Assembly: GCA_040386535.1 (NCBI GenBank)
Contig: JAZKFH010000038.1
Coordinates: 91,191 to 155,190, forward strand
Length of the DNA stretch: 64,000 bases
Source of the DNA: Myxococcota bacterium
GTDB lineage: Bacteria; Myxococcota_A; UBA796; SXON01
Direction: 5' to 3'
Part shown: positions 19,000 to 29,954 of the stretch, one piece after another
Numbering within the stretch: position 1 is the first letter of the stretch
Layout of the letters: each line of letters begins with the position of its first letter
Notes under the pieces: model-generated
Told to the model about the DNA's origin: nothing
Database searches by the model: none
The model's input: the letters and a program-made list of their open reading frames with translations, nothing else
Position numbers and translations under genes: made by a program

Positions 19000-19752
19000 G
19001 TGCACCCCAGTCTCCCGACGCTCATCCTGCTGACCGGCTGCTTCATGCCCACGGCCTACGGCTTGCGCGACGACGGCATCCTCCCGCCGAGCGGCGCCAC
19101 CGAGATCAGCGCCCACGTCTACCAGTTCGCGGTCACGACGGCGAGCGAGCCGGCGCCCTGGTCGGGCTTCCAGGGCCGCTGGCGGCTGGGCGACCTCGTG
19201 GGGCTGCGGACCAACATCAGCGCCGCGGTGCTGCCGGGCGCCGCGGACAGCGGGCTGGTCCTCTGGAACGCCGAGGGGGACGTACTCGTGGGCCTCACTT
19301 CAGAGCCCGCGCAGCCCGTGACGGTGACGCTCTCCGGAGGGCTCAGCGCCCTCGTCTACTTCAGCGAGTCGTCCGTCACGGCGCTCCCCGCGCTGCAGAC
19401 CGGCTTCACCGTGTCGCGGACCCTCGCCGGCACGTTCCACCCGTACCTGGGGATGCGGGTCAACCCGCTGCTGGTCGGCAACACGACCATCGCCTGGGTC
19501 CACACCGGCGCGGGGGTGGGGTGGCGGCCCCGGCTCGGCGAACGCGTGTGGGGCACCTTCGGCCTCGAGGGGGGCTGGGACCACGGCATCTCCGCCTGCG
19601 CCGCCTGGTCCGAAGACGAGAAGCTGGGCTTCGGCGATTGTGACCAGTGGAGCGTTGGCCTCTACGGCGGGGTGACGTTGGAGGGCAAGCGAGGCGCGGC
19701 CCGCCGGAGCGCCGCGCGCGCGGGCCAGGCGGAGTGGGCCGCCGCGCGCTGA
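19000..19752 (+). CDS. Hypothetical lipoprotein with amphipathic beta-strand (outer-membrane-like) character
   Basis: GTG start, LLTGC lipobox, alternating hydrophobic strands; 3' part of ORF 16141-19752. Confidence 0.6.
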   Translation: MHPSLPTLILLTGCFMPTAYGLRDDGILPPSGATEISAHVYQFAVTTASEPAPWSGFQGRWRLGDLVGLRTNISAAVLPGAADSGLVLWNAEGDVLVGLTSEPAQPVTVTLSGGLSALVYFSESSVTALPALQTGFTVSRTLAGTFHPYLGMRVNPLLVGNTTIAWVHTGAGVGWRPRLGERVWGTFGLEGGWDHGISACAAWSEDEKLGFGDCDQWSVGLYGGVTLEGKRGAARRSAARAGQAEWAAAR

Positions 19753-19817
19753 CGGGACCGCGGTGACACGTGCCACCGCCGAGCGTGGCGCGCCGTTCTC
19801 GGCGGCCCGGGTTCCTC

Positions 19818-19992
19818 GAGCGGGCGGCCCGGCCCCGCGGCGGGGCCGGCGGGCGCCCTCCAGGGTCGCGGTGCTCCGTCGGCCCGCCGCGCGCGGGCCG
19901 ACCGCCATGGGCCTTGGGCGGGTGGGGTGGCCTTCGGCCCGCGGTTCCGGCGCGCCCACGGCGCCTTCCGGTCGCCCTGCCGCGCGTCCCTT
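19818..19992 (-). repeat. Dispersed structured element, degenerate copy
   Basis: Minus strand gcaGGGCG..GGTCggcccgcgcgcggcgggccGACggag..gaCCCtggag; stem 2 nearly identical to the 15166 copy. Confidence 0.6.
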
Positions 19993-20009
19993 GAACCCGA
20001 GCCTGCCCG

Positions 20010-21335
20010 TCAGGCCCGGGACACCGGATCGTCCGACCCCGGCGCCAGCGCGCGCTCGATTGCCGCGAACAGGCCGGCCCACGTCGAGGTCATCGCGGCG
20101 GCGCCGAGGCGGCGTCCCAAGGGTCCGTTCTCCTCGGCGCTCCGGTGGGAGCAGTACACGATGACCGGCGGCCGGTTGCCGTGCGTCGCGGTCAGCAAGC
20201 GTGCGGCGTCCGACGCGCGGGGCCCGGCCCCGGGCTGGTGGCCCCAGCGGGAGAGGACGAGGTCGAACTCGCTGGCCCGGAGCCGCTCGAGCGCCGCCTG
20301 CGGGTCCGATACCCACTCGATCGTGGGGGCCTCGCCGCGCGCGCCGACGGCGCCGAGCAGCATGTCGGCTTCACGACGGTTGTTGTGGGGCGTGTCCATC
20401 CAGAGGATGCGGCATCCGGCGAGGCGGCCGGCCAGGGTGGTCTCCGGGGCGGCGGCGTCCCCGAGCGCGCGCAGGTAGGCGTCGAAGCCGCCGTGCCCGT
20501 GGGTAGCGTCGTAAGGGAGCAGGTGGATGCCCTCGTGCCGGGCGAAGTGTTCCGCGTCGGACGGGCCCGCGTCGGCGACCACTGCCCAGGCGAGGCTCCG
20601 GGTGCGGGCCGCGTCGCCGAACATCGCGAGCACCTCGGACCGCAGGCCGTTGAGGTAGGCGTCGGTGAACGAGAAGCCCAGGTAGAGCACCGGGCACGTC
20701 GCGAGGACCGCGCGGAGGAACGTGACGTAGCCGCTCTCGACGTACAGCCGCCGCCGGTAGTCCTGGGTGGAGAAGACGATGTGGTCGGCCGGCGCCACGT
20801 CCGGGCCGCCGTCCGAGAGGCTGCCGTGAAGCTGCACGATCGGCGGCCACGCGCGGTGGCGGTCCGAGAAGCGGCGCGACCAGGCGTCGCCGCGCCCGCC
20901 CGTGACACGAAGCACGTCGGCCCAGGCCTCGGCGTCCGGTCGCTGTTGCGGCAGGTAGTGGTCGAAGTTGGTCGTGATGATCGCACGCAGCGGCAGCCGA
21001 CGGAGCAGGTCCAGGCGCTCGGTCAACGCGTCGTGGCGTGCCGACGCGACCAACGCGCGCAGCTCCGTACGAAAGCCGTCCCCCAGACGGTCGCGCACCA
21101 GCTGGGCGGCGGCCTCGTAGTCGAACGCCGTCCGCTGCTTGACGCGCCGCGCGACCTCGGCGCACACGTCCGCGTCGCCCGTGCGCGCGGCGAGGCCGAT
21201 CAGGAGCTCGCCCCAGGTGCCGGTCGCCGGCGCCGAGAAGCCCGCGCCAACGAAGGCCACCACGTCGCCGGTGCGGAGGTGGTCCACCAGGGCCTGGCCG
21301 GCGGGAAGGGCGATGTGCTCGGTGGGGGAGGGCAT
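20010..21335 (-). CDS. SIR2-like (SIR2_2) domain protein with C-terminal degenerate receiver domain
   Basis: FVGAGFS, ITTNFD, LHGS, LYLGFSFTD; C-terminal ILWMD..AALERL...FDLVLSRW..PPVIVY. Confidence 0.82.
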   Translation of the reverse strand: MPSPTEHIALPAGQALVDHLRTGDVVAFVGAGFSAPATGTWGELLIGLAARTGDADVCAEVARRVKQRTAFDYEAAAQLVRDRLGDGFRTELRALVASARHDALTERLDLLRRLPLRAIITTNFDHYLPQQRPDAEAWADVLRVTGGRGDAWSRRFSDRHRAWPPIVQLHGSLSDGGPDVAPADHIVFSTQDYRRRLYVESGYVTFLRAVLATCPVLYLGFSFTDAYLNGLRSEVLAMFGDAARTRSLAWAVVADAGPSDAEHFARHEGIHLLPYDATHGHGGFDAYLRALGDAAAPETTLAGRLAGCRILWMDTPHNNRREADMLLGAVGARGEAPTIEWVSDPQAALERLRASEFDLVLSRWGHQPGAGPRASDAARLLTATHGNRPPVIVYCSHRSAEENGPLGRRLGAAAMTSTWAGLFAAIERALAPGSDDPVSRA

Positions 21336-21380
21336 GGAGCGGGAGTGTACCGGATCTGTCGGAGCGGGCATCGGCTTGGC

Positions 21381-21584
21381 GATCGGCCACATCGGGGGGG
21401 ACCTGGCGCAGGTACCCCCTTGAATGGCCGATCGGAGCGTGGAGATCGGCCACATCGGGGGGGACCTGGCGCAGGTACCCCCTTGAATGGCCGATCGGAG
21501 CGTGGAGATCGGCCACATCGGGGGGGACCTGGCGCAGGTACCCCCTTGAATGGCCGATCGGAGCGTGGAGATCGGCCACATCGG
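21381..21584. repeat. Three identical 63-bp tandem repeats plus a 15-bp partial copy, each with two hairpins
   Basis: Units start at 21381, 21444, 21507, 21570; hairpins GGGGGACCTG-GCG-CAGGTACCCCC and TGGCCGATC-N10-GATCGGCCA. Confidence 0.95.
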
Positions 21585-21660
21585 CGGTTCGGTCGCCGAC
21601 CGTCAGTCACGCGGCGTGGCCTCCGAGCGGGGACGCTCCGAACGGTCGCTGAAGCGGCCG

Positions 21661-22014
21661 TCAGTCGCCCCACATCATGACGGTCGTGCCCTCGACGCTC
21701 GCGCGTTCGAACAACTCCAGGATCCGCTCCAGCAGGCCCACCCAGGGGTCCTGCGCGCGCGCCGCGGCGACGATCGCGGCCTCCCACGGCGCGGGCCGCT
21801 CGGGGAGGGGCCGGCCCGTGCGCGCTTGGAACGACGCCGCGAGCGCCGTGTCGATCGCCGTCCGCAGGGTGTGCAGTGCGTCCCGCAGGTGGTGTGGGTC
21901 GAGGCGGAGGTCGCGGTAGGGGTCCAGCGTCGGGATGCTCGGATGCAGCAGCTCGACCAGCGGCTGCTCGTAGGCGCCCGGAACGGCCACGGCTGCGCTG
22001 CCCGGTAGGACCAC
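21661..22014 (-). CDS. Hypothetical protein
   Basis: 117-aa ORF with globular composition (LDPYRD, C-terminal GD); start uncertain. Confidence 0.55.
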   Translation of the reverse strand: MVLPGSAAVAVPGAYEQPLVELLHPSIPTLDPYRDLRLDPHHLRDALHTLRTAIDTALAASFQARTGRPLPERPAPWEAAIVAAARAQDPWVGLLERILELFERASVEGTTVMMWGD

Positions 22015-22069
22015 TCCATCGCCGCCTCCGGGTGCACGGTTATCCGCTGGCCCGACCGCGCACCGAACC

Positions 22070-22352
22070 CCCGCGCGAAGGACGCGCAGGGCGGCGCCCC
22101 CGGCGCCGGCTCGGCGGCCGCTCGGGGCCGCAAGCTGAGGGCCCGTCCATCAACAACCTGCGCATTCGGCCGCCCCTGGGCTCGCGTGCGCGGCGTCGCT
22201 CGTCGGTCACATGCCGAAGGCATGCTCCCTTCTCCCTCCTTGCGCCCGCGGCCCAGGGTCGCCCTCGGTGCTGCAGGTTGTTTCAGGACGGACCCTATGG
22301 CCGCAGGCCGAGCCTGGAGCGGCCTGGCCCGCGTCCGCGCGGGCGCGCCCCG
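22070..22352 (+). repeat. Dispersed structured element, interrupted or expanded copy
   Basis: 5' part CCCGCGcgaAGGacgcgcaGGGCGGC; 3' part GGACC..ggccgcaggccgaGCC..ggcccgcgtcc.cgcgggc matches other copies; ~170 nt extra in the middle. Confidence 0.55.
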
Positions 22353-22396
22353 CCTCGACCCACCTCGCGTCGACACACCCCGGTTAGGCTTCAACG

Positions 22397-24204
<1,808 letters not shown>

Positions 24205-24208
<4 letters not shown>

Positions 24209-24558
24209 GCGCGGTCGTCGTCTTCGAGCTCGAGGTGGAACTTGTGCAGGAACCGGTGGAGCACCGGCGCCAGCAACACGCCCGCGAAGACGAGGAAGAA
24301 CACCCCGCTGAAGATGGCGTAAAAGGCCACGAACAGCTTGCTCGCGTCGTTGGTGAGCGGGGTGGTCGGGCCCATCCCGGTGAGGATCATCGCCGCGAAC
24401 AGGAACGCGTCGACCAGCGGGAGCCCCTCGGTGAGCGCCAGGCCCACCATCCCGATCGCGAGCGACACCGCCAGGAGCGTCAGCGCGGCGGCCCACGCCC
24501 ACGCGAGGCGGGCGTGGTACTGCCGACGCGGCAGGAGCGGGCGGTGGCGGCGGGACAT
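24205..24558 (-). CDS. Small 2-TM protein with K+-channel pore-like loop
   Basis: TM-DAFLFAAMILTGMGP-TM; GMG instead of GYG. Confidence 0.65.
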
Positions 24559-24980
24559 TACTTGATGAAGTAGCCGCTCACGTGCCAGGTCCCGTCCGTG
24601 TCGATCATGGGCGTGACGGTCTCGACGGCGGCCTTCTTCTTGGCGAACCGCGTCTTGAACGTGATGACCACGTACTGACCGTCGGGCGCGCCGGGCAGCG
24701 TGGTCGCGTACTTCGCCGTGACCATCTTGCGCGCCATCATGGCGCCGAGCGGCGCGCGCACGCCCTTCATCGCGGTGTCCCACTCCTGCGGCGTCACCGC
24801 CGCCTTCATCGGGCTGGCGGAGGCCTCCCAGCTCGCCTGGTAGTCGCCCTTGTCGACCATCGCGAGCCACGCCTTCGCGGCGGTCAAGGCCTTCTTCTCG
24901 GCGGCGGCATGCTCCCCGCCGGCGGCGAACGCGGCGGAGGAGAACAGGAACAGGAACGCGAGCACGAACGAACGGAGCAT
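24558..24980 (-). CDS. DUF4019-like secreted protein
   Basis: Signal peptide; WL..VD.G.Y..SW, LPGAPDGQYVVI.F.T.F, W.VSGYFIK. Confidence 0.85.
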   Translation of the reverse strand: MLRSFVLAFLFLFSSAAFAAGGEHAAAEKKALTAAKAWLAMVDKGDYQASWEASASPMKAAVTPQEWDTAMKGVRAPLGAMMARKMVTAKYATTLPGAPDGQYVVITFKTRFAKKKAAVETVTPMIDTDGTWHVSGYFIK

Positions 24981-25006
24981 GGGAACCTCGGACGGCAGTG
25001 TAACGA

Positions 25007-25139
25007 GGTGCGGGCGCGTCCCTTCGGGCCGGCCCCTTCTGGGCGCGGCCTGCGGCCTTGGTCCGGGCGCGCTCCCCGAGCGGAGCGCGCCCGGGACCGG
25101 CCGGGCGGACCCGGCCGCCCGCCAGGGGCCTCGCGCGGG
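25007..25139 (-). repeat. Dispersed structured element, well-conserved copy
   Basis: CCCGCG cg AGG cccctggc GGGC GGCC..GGCC GGTCC..GGACC aag..GCCC agaag GGGCCG. Confidence 0.85.
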
Positions 25140-25428
25140 GTGCGTGTGGAGGGGAGCGCGGAGCCCCAGCCCGAGGGTGGCACACGCGGCTGGCCCGTGG
25201 GGCCCCCCCAGTCGTTGACGGAAGTCGCGTGACGGCCGTGTCCCGCCCCCTTGGATACCGGAGGGTCGACGCCTACCCCCGGCTGATGAGCGCTTGCTCG
25301 GGGTCCGGATACGCGGGGCCGACCACTCGGCACCTCCGTGGCCGTTTGCCCTGCGGTCACGATGCCGCTCCGCGGTCACGGAGGCTGGGGTGTGATCCAC
25401 TGCAGTCGGCCGGCCAGCGCTCGGCCCC

Positions 25429-25580
25429 GCGGACCGGAGTCGAGTGATGCTCGGTCACCGGCCGACTGCGGTCCTCCCAGGCGGACCGCGGTCGAGAGAT
25501 GCTCGGTCATCGGCCGACTCCGGTCCTCCCAGGCGGACCGCAATCGAGAGATGCTCGGTCATCGGCCGATTCCGGTCCTA
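25429..25580. repeat. Three degenerate 52-bp palindromic tandem repeats
   Basis: GCGGACCG...TCGAG.GATGCTCGGTCA.CGGCCGA.T.CGGTCCT at 25429, 25481, 25533. Confidence 0.9.
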
Positions 25581-25908
25581 TCCGCGATGCCGGCTGCGGA
25601 CCCAACCTGATGCTGCGGCGAAGTCATGGAGGCGGGATCACCCCGATGATCGCCTCGCCCTGCGCCAAGCTGCGCAGCGTGGGCTCCGGAGGGCAGAGCG
25701 GCCAGGAAGCGACCATACGAGCTCGGCCCCGTGTTCGGCAGGCTCCCCGACGCGTCCGCGACCGGCACGATCGCCCGCGCGGACACACCCGCCTGCTACC
25801 CGAGGTGTCCGGGCCCGGCCAGCGGGGACCCGCCGCTCGACGGGACGCCCGCGGGTCGCGACGCCAGCGTCGACCCCACGAAGCGGCGCGGCGCCAGAAC
25901 GAGGCCCT

Positions 25909-26223
25909 TCAGCGCTTGAACGTGAAGAACTTCGAGAGCGAGGCCAGCGCGCCGCTCTCGTCGTTGCCGGCGAGCTGCTGGAGCTCGCCCGGGTCGAGGA
26001 GGACCGAGCCGCAGTCGGGGCACACGTCGATGGTGACGCCGCGGAAGGTCTGCGGCGCCATCTGTCCGCCACACTTGCCACAGCGGAGGTGGTGAAGCTG
26101 GCGGCGCGCCTCCTTCTCGGCGGTCGCGTTCTCGGCGGACACCTGCTCGTGCAGGGCCTTCTTCTTCTCCAAGTCGAGGCGGGCGAAGTACTCGGCTTCG
26201 GGATCGGTGGTCTTGTCGGACAT
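25909..26223 (-). CDS. zf-TFIIB-like zinc-ribbon protein
   Basis: E.EYF N-terminus; CGKC..M....GVTIDVCPDCG.V.LD.GEL. Confidence 0.85.
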   Translation of the reverse strand: MSDKTTDPEAEYFARLDLEKKKALHEQVSAENATAEKEARRQLHHLRCGKCGGQMAPQTFRGVTIDVCPDCGSVLLDPGELQQLAGNDESGALASLSKFFTFKR

Positions 26224-26352
26224 CGGGGTACCCTGGGAAGTGCGTCTCTTATCTCCCGGCGTGTCCGCCGGGCAAGGCCGCGGACCGACCGGAAGCGGGT
26301 CCGCTAGCGGATCGCGATGGTCGGCGCGAGGCGCGAGCGGACGACGGGAGCC

Positions 26353-28209
26353 CTACGAGCAGGTGCGCCCGAGGCGACGCAATCCGCCCTCGATCTCGCG
26401 CTGCATGTCGATGGTGACGGCCGAGCCGGAGAGGGCGCGGCAGTAATCGTCCGACGCGCTGTTGGTGTCGCCTAGCTTCTCGTTCGCGTAGCCGCGGCCG
26501 AACAGCGCGTCGGCACCGGTGCCGCCCTGCAGGGCGCGATCGAACAAGCCGTGCGCCTTCGTGTAGTCGCCGGCCTCGACCGCCTTCCATCCCTGCTCGA
26601 CGAGCTTCTTCGGCGAGCCGCCGGTCGACGCGGCGCTGGTCTGCGCGGCGGCGGGCTGCGCGGCCGCGGCCTTCTGAGCGGGGGCCTGCGGGGCGGCGGG
26701 CCGCGAGGCCGCGGGCGCCACGGTGGAAGCAGGCGCCTTGACGGACCCGGCGCCCGCGCCCGAGGCGGACGCCGCCACCGGCGGTACCACTGCCGGGGTG
26801 GCGCTCGCCGTGCCGCTCGCACCGGCAGCGGTCGCCTGCGCGCCCGCTACGTCCGGGGCGCCCGGAACCTCGCCCGCCCCCGGGAGGGTCGCCGCGGCCA
26901 ACGGCGGCGGGGTCTCCGCGGTGCGAGCCGTGCCGGTGGGATCTCCACCGCGCGGGTCGACGCCGCGCGGGTCGGCGCCACGACCGGTCCACATCACCAC
27001 GGCGAGCACCGCCGCGGCGGCGACGGCCGCGAGGCCACCCCACAACACCCAGTTGATCCCCGATGCCGCCGGCGGATCGTCGAACACGTCGCGACGCGGG
27101 GGCGTGGGCGAGCCCGGCGCGCCGTCGAGGAAGAAGGTCTGGGACGCGTTGGAGGCGGCACCGGGCGCGGCAGGCGCGAATCCCGGGGCAACCGGCTTGG
27201 AGGCCGCCGGGGAAGCGACTTGCGGGCCGGCGTGCGGCGCGGGCCCCGGACCCACCGACGGGCCCCCGCCGACAGGCGAGGAGACCACGCGCAACGGCGC
27301 GGAGGCGACCACGGCGGGGCCGGGGAGGACGGCCAGGGGGGGCATCCCGTGGGTGGGCGTGCCCGGGGCGTGCGGCGGGATCCCCACCGCGGCCGAACCC
27401 GCGGGTGCGGGCCCGGGCGTGACGGTCGAGACGCCCATGGGAAGCGGGATGTCGCGAACGCCGCTCGTGGGCGGCAGCCGCTCGGTGCGCTCGGCGGCCT
27501 CGGCGCGGTCGAAGGAGGCGGGGATGCCGTCGATGGGCGTCTCGTCGAGCCCCCCGGTCTGGACGGTCTGCTCCTGGGTGTCGTCCCCACCGTCGAAGTC
27601 CATCATCACGGTGCCGAGGCCGCGCGGGTACCCGCCCACGGCGGGCCCGGGGCCCGTGGCGACGGGCATGCCGCCGCCCTGCTGCGCGGAGGCGTTGGCG
27701 TCGATGCTCGTGGCATCGAAGCTCGCGGCATCGAAGGTGGTGGCGTCGAAGCCGTCGGCCTCGTCGGCCTCGGGCGCGTCGACCACGATCTCGTCGTCGT
27801 GCGGGGGCATCTCCGTGCGGAGGTTGCGCTCCTGGAACGACAGCGCGTCGGACGCCGAGAAGAACATCGCGAGGTCGTCACGCTCCCCGGCGCGCACCCA
27901 CCGCAGGCCGTGCTTGGAGACGAGGGCGTCGCGATCGAGGCGGCGTTCGAGGATCCACTGGTGGAGCGCGGCCATGTCGGGCACCGACCAGATCTGGCCG
28001 GCGACCTGCACCAGCTGGATCGACTCGCCCGCCGGCTTCTCGCCGAGGGGCGGCGGGCTGGTGGACTCCTTCGGCGCCTCGGGATCGACCGAGAACGTGT
28101 GGCCACAATGGGAGCAACGGAACTTGAGGCTCCGCGGCCCGCGCGCGCGCGCGCTCGGCGGTGGCTCGATCTCGTGCTCGGAATGGCACCGCGGGCAGGT
28201 GATCTCCAC
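26353..28209 (-). CDS. Zinc-ribbon + GYF-like + TM + TPR protein (GltJ/AgmX-like architecture)
   Basis: CPRC..RCSHC; L.QWI.ERR....LVS..G..W; low-complexity linker; TM; TPR. Confidence 0.75.
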   Translation of the reverse strand: MEITCPRCHSEHEIEPPPSARARGPRSLKFRCSHCGHTFSVDPEAPKESTSPPPLGEKPAGESIQLVQVAGQIWSVPDMAALHQWILERRLDRDALVSKHGLRWVRAGERDDLAMFFSASDALSFQERNLRTEMPPHDDEIVVDAPEADEADGFDATTFDAASFDATSIDANASAQQGGGMPVATGPGPAVGGYPRGLGTVMMDFDGGDDTQEQTVQTGGLDETPIDGIPASFDRAEAAERTERLPPTSGVRDIPLPMGVSTVTPGPAPAGSAAVGIPPHAPGTPTHGMPPLAVLPGPAVVASAPLRVVSSPVGGGPSVGPGPAPHAGPQVASPAASKPVAPGFAPAAPGAASNASQTFFLDGAPGSPTPPRRDVFDDPPAASGINWVLWGGLAAVAAAAVLAVVMWTGRGADPRGVDPRGGDPTGTARTAETPPPLAAATLPGAGEVPGAPDVAGAQATAAGASGTASATPAVVPPVAASASGAGAGSVKAPASTVAPAASRPAAPQAPAQKAAAAQPAAAQTSAASTGGSPKKLVEQGWKAVEAGDYTKAHGLFDRALQGGTGADALFGRGYANEKLGDTNSASDDYCRALSGSAVTIDMQREIEGGLRRLGRTCS

Positions 28210-28211
28210 GC

Positions 28212-29885
28212 TTAGCCTCCGCTCATCTGGGCGATGATCTGTTCGATCTGGGCGGCATCCGAGGGGGATCCCTTCAGATACAGCTGGTACTGCGAGTTCG
28301 CCAACGCCGTGTCGCCCTGCAGGCGCGCGATGTGCCCGAGGTACTTGTAGGCGTCCTTCGTGCCCGCCCTGGCGGCGCGATCGAGCGCGGGCTGGGCGCC
28401 GGCGTAGTCACCCGACTCGTACAGGGCGCGGCCGAGCTTCACGGACAGGCTCGCGCTCTTCGCGTTGAGCGCCACGGCCTTCTGGTACGCCTGGGCCGCG
28501 GTCGCCCAGTCGCCGCCGCGCGCGGCGTCGTCCCCGACGGCCTCGTGGTCGCCGGCGGTCTGGTCCGCCTGCTTGACATTGGAGCCCGGCGACGAGGCGC
28601 CGCGCGTGTTCTTGACGGCGACTGCCCCTGCCGGGACGCCGGGGCGGTTCGGCACGACCGGGATCAGGTCGCGCTCGGGCTCGTCGGGCGGGGGCGCGCC
28701 GAGATCGCGATCGTCCGCGGCGGGCTGGCCCTCGAGGCTGGCCTTGAGCTTCTCGTTGATCTCGTCACGGATCTGGTCGGGCGTCTTGTTGGACTGCGCG
28801 GCCGGGCGTGTGGGCTGGGCAGTCGCGACGACGGGCGCCTGGTTCATCCACCACGCGGCGCCGCCGGCGGCGAGGAGCAGCAGAAGCACGACGGCCCCGA
28901 TCATCGGGGCGCGGCTGGAAGCCGGCGGCGGCGCATCAACCTTCTTCGTGGCGGCGGGCGTCACGACGGGGCCGGTGCGCCGCTGGTCGGAGCCGCGCTG
29001 CTGCTTCTTCTTCAGGTCGGCGAAGGGGTCCTGGAAGCGGTCCGGCTCGCCGCCGTTGCGCAACGGGGGCGGTGTGGCGGCCTCCTCGGCGCGGGGGGCC
29101 TCGACCACGGGGGGCGGCTGCGGGTTGAGCGTGGGGGTCTCGCTCTTGCGCGCGGCCAGCGTGTCCCACGCCTCGACGAAGAAGGCGTCGAGATCAGGGA
29201 TGTCGCCGATGGCGCGCCAGGCCTTGCCGTCCCAGCTCACGACGTCGGCCGAGGTGACGCGCCCGTCCTGGATGTACTTCCGGAGCGTCTTGATGTCGGA
29301 GAAGTCGTAGATGAGGCCGATCTTGACCTTCACCTTCCAGGTGGTGACCCCGACCTTGCGGAAGTCGAGCGTGGCCGCCCGCGCGGCCATCGCAGCGGGA
29401 TCCTTGACCTCGGCGCTTCCCCTGGCCTCGGCGCTCGCGGCCGCGAGGCGCGCGACCTCCTGCGAGATCTCGTCCGGCGTGGGGTTCGAGCCGCCGATGC
29501 GCGTGGGCTCGTCGTCCCAGGCGGCGGGCGCGGGCGCGGCGGGCCGCGACGGGCCGGGCGGCGGCGTGGTGGTGGTGCCCGGACCGGCCACGACGCGGCC
29601 GGGGCTGTCGGGTGTACCGGGCACGATGCTGCGGTCGGCCGCCTTCACCGCGTCGGCGAGGCCGCCGGCCTTCCGGAAGTCCCAGGCGGGTGGGCCGCCG
29701 GCTGGCGGGGCCGCGGCCCGGGCGGCCGAGACGGCGCGCCGCGTGTCGCCCGACGTGGGGTCGGGCTGGGCGTACACCACGAACACGTTCCTGCACTTCG
29801 GACACGTGATCTTGGCACCGCGCCCCGTGATCTTGGCATCATCCAGCTTGTAGCGAGACTTGCACGATTCGCAGGTGACGATCAA
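28212..29885 (-). CDS. MJ0042-type zinc-ribbon + GYF-like + TM + TPR protein
   Basis: IVTCESCKSRYKLDD.KI...GAKITCPKC..VF; GYF-like YIQDGRV...D.VS.DG..W; TM; TPRs. Confidence 0.85.
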   Translation of the reverse strand: MIVTCESCKSRYKLDDAKITGRGAKITCPKCRNVFVVYAQPDPTSGDTRRAVSAARAAAPPAGGPPAWDFRKAGGLADAVKAADRSIVPGTPDSPGRVVAGPGTTTTPPPGPSRPAAPAPAAWDDEPTRIGGSNPTPDEISQEVARLAAASAEARGSAEVKDPAAMAARAATLDFRKVGVTTWKVKVKIGLIYDFSDIKTLRKYIQDGRVTSADVVSWDGKAWRAIGDIPDLDAFFVEAWDTLAARKSETPTLNPQPPPVVEAPRAEEAATPPPLRNGGEPDRFQDPFADLKKKQQRGSDQRRTGPVVTPAATKKVDAPPPASSRAPMIGAVVLLLLLAAGGAAWWMNQAPVVATAQPTRPAAQSNKTPDQIRDEINEKLKASLEGQPAADDRDLGAPPPDEPERDLIPVVPNRPGVPAGAVAVKNTRGASSPGSNVKQADQTAGDHEAVGDDAARGGDWATAAQAYQKAVALNAKSASLSVKLGRALYESGDYAGAQPALDRAARAGTKDAYKYLGHIARLQGDTALANSQYQLYLKGSPSDAAQIEQIIAQMSGG

Positions 29886-29954
29886 CGGGTTCGGGCTCCA
29901 AGGAGTCGGGCGGCAGAGGGCGCGGGCGCTCCACGCCGGTCAAGGAAGCAGGGC

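Noticed and set aside
19000..19065. LTGC-FMPT-AYG lipoprotein as a second splicease substrate
   Set aside because: YG is common, there is no zinc-ribbon leader, and it is 14 kb from the enzyme
21381..21584. 63-bp repeats as a CRISPR array or as the true SIR2 N-terminus
   Set aside because: Units are fully identical with no unique spacers; the SIR2 domain begins after Met 21335, so the extension is probably incidental
25284..25320. CTGATGAG as a hammerhead ribozyme core
   Set aside because: No GAAA partner after a stem II and no convincing stems I/III
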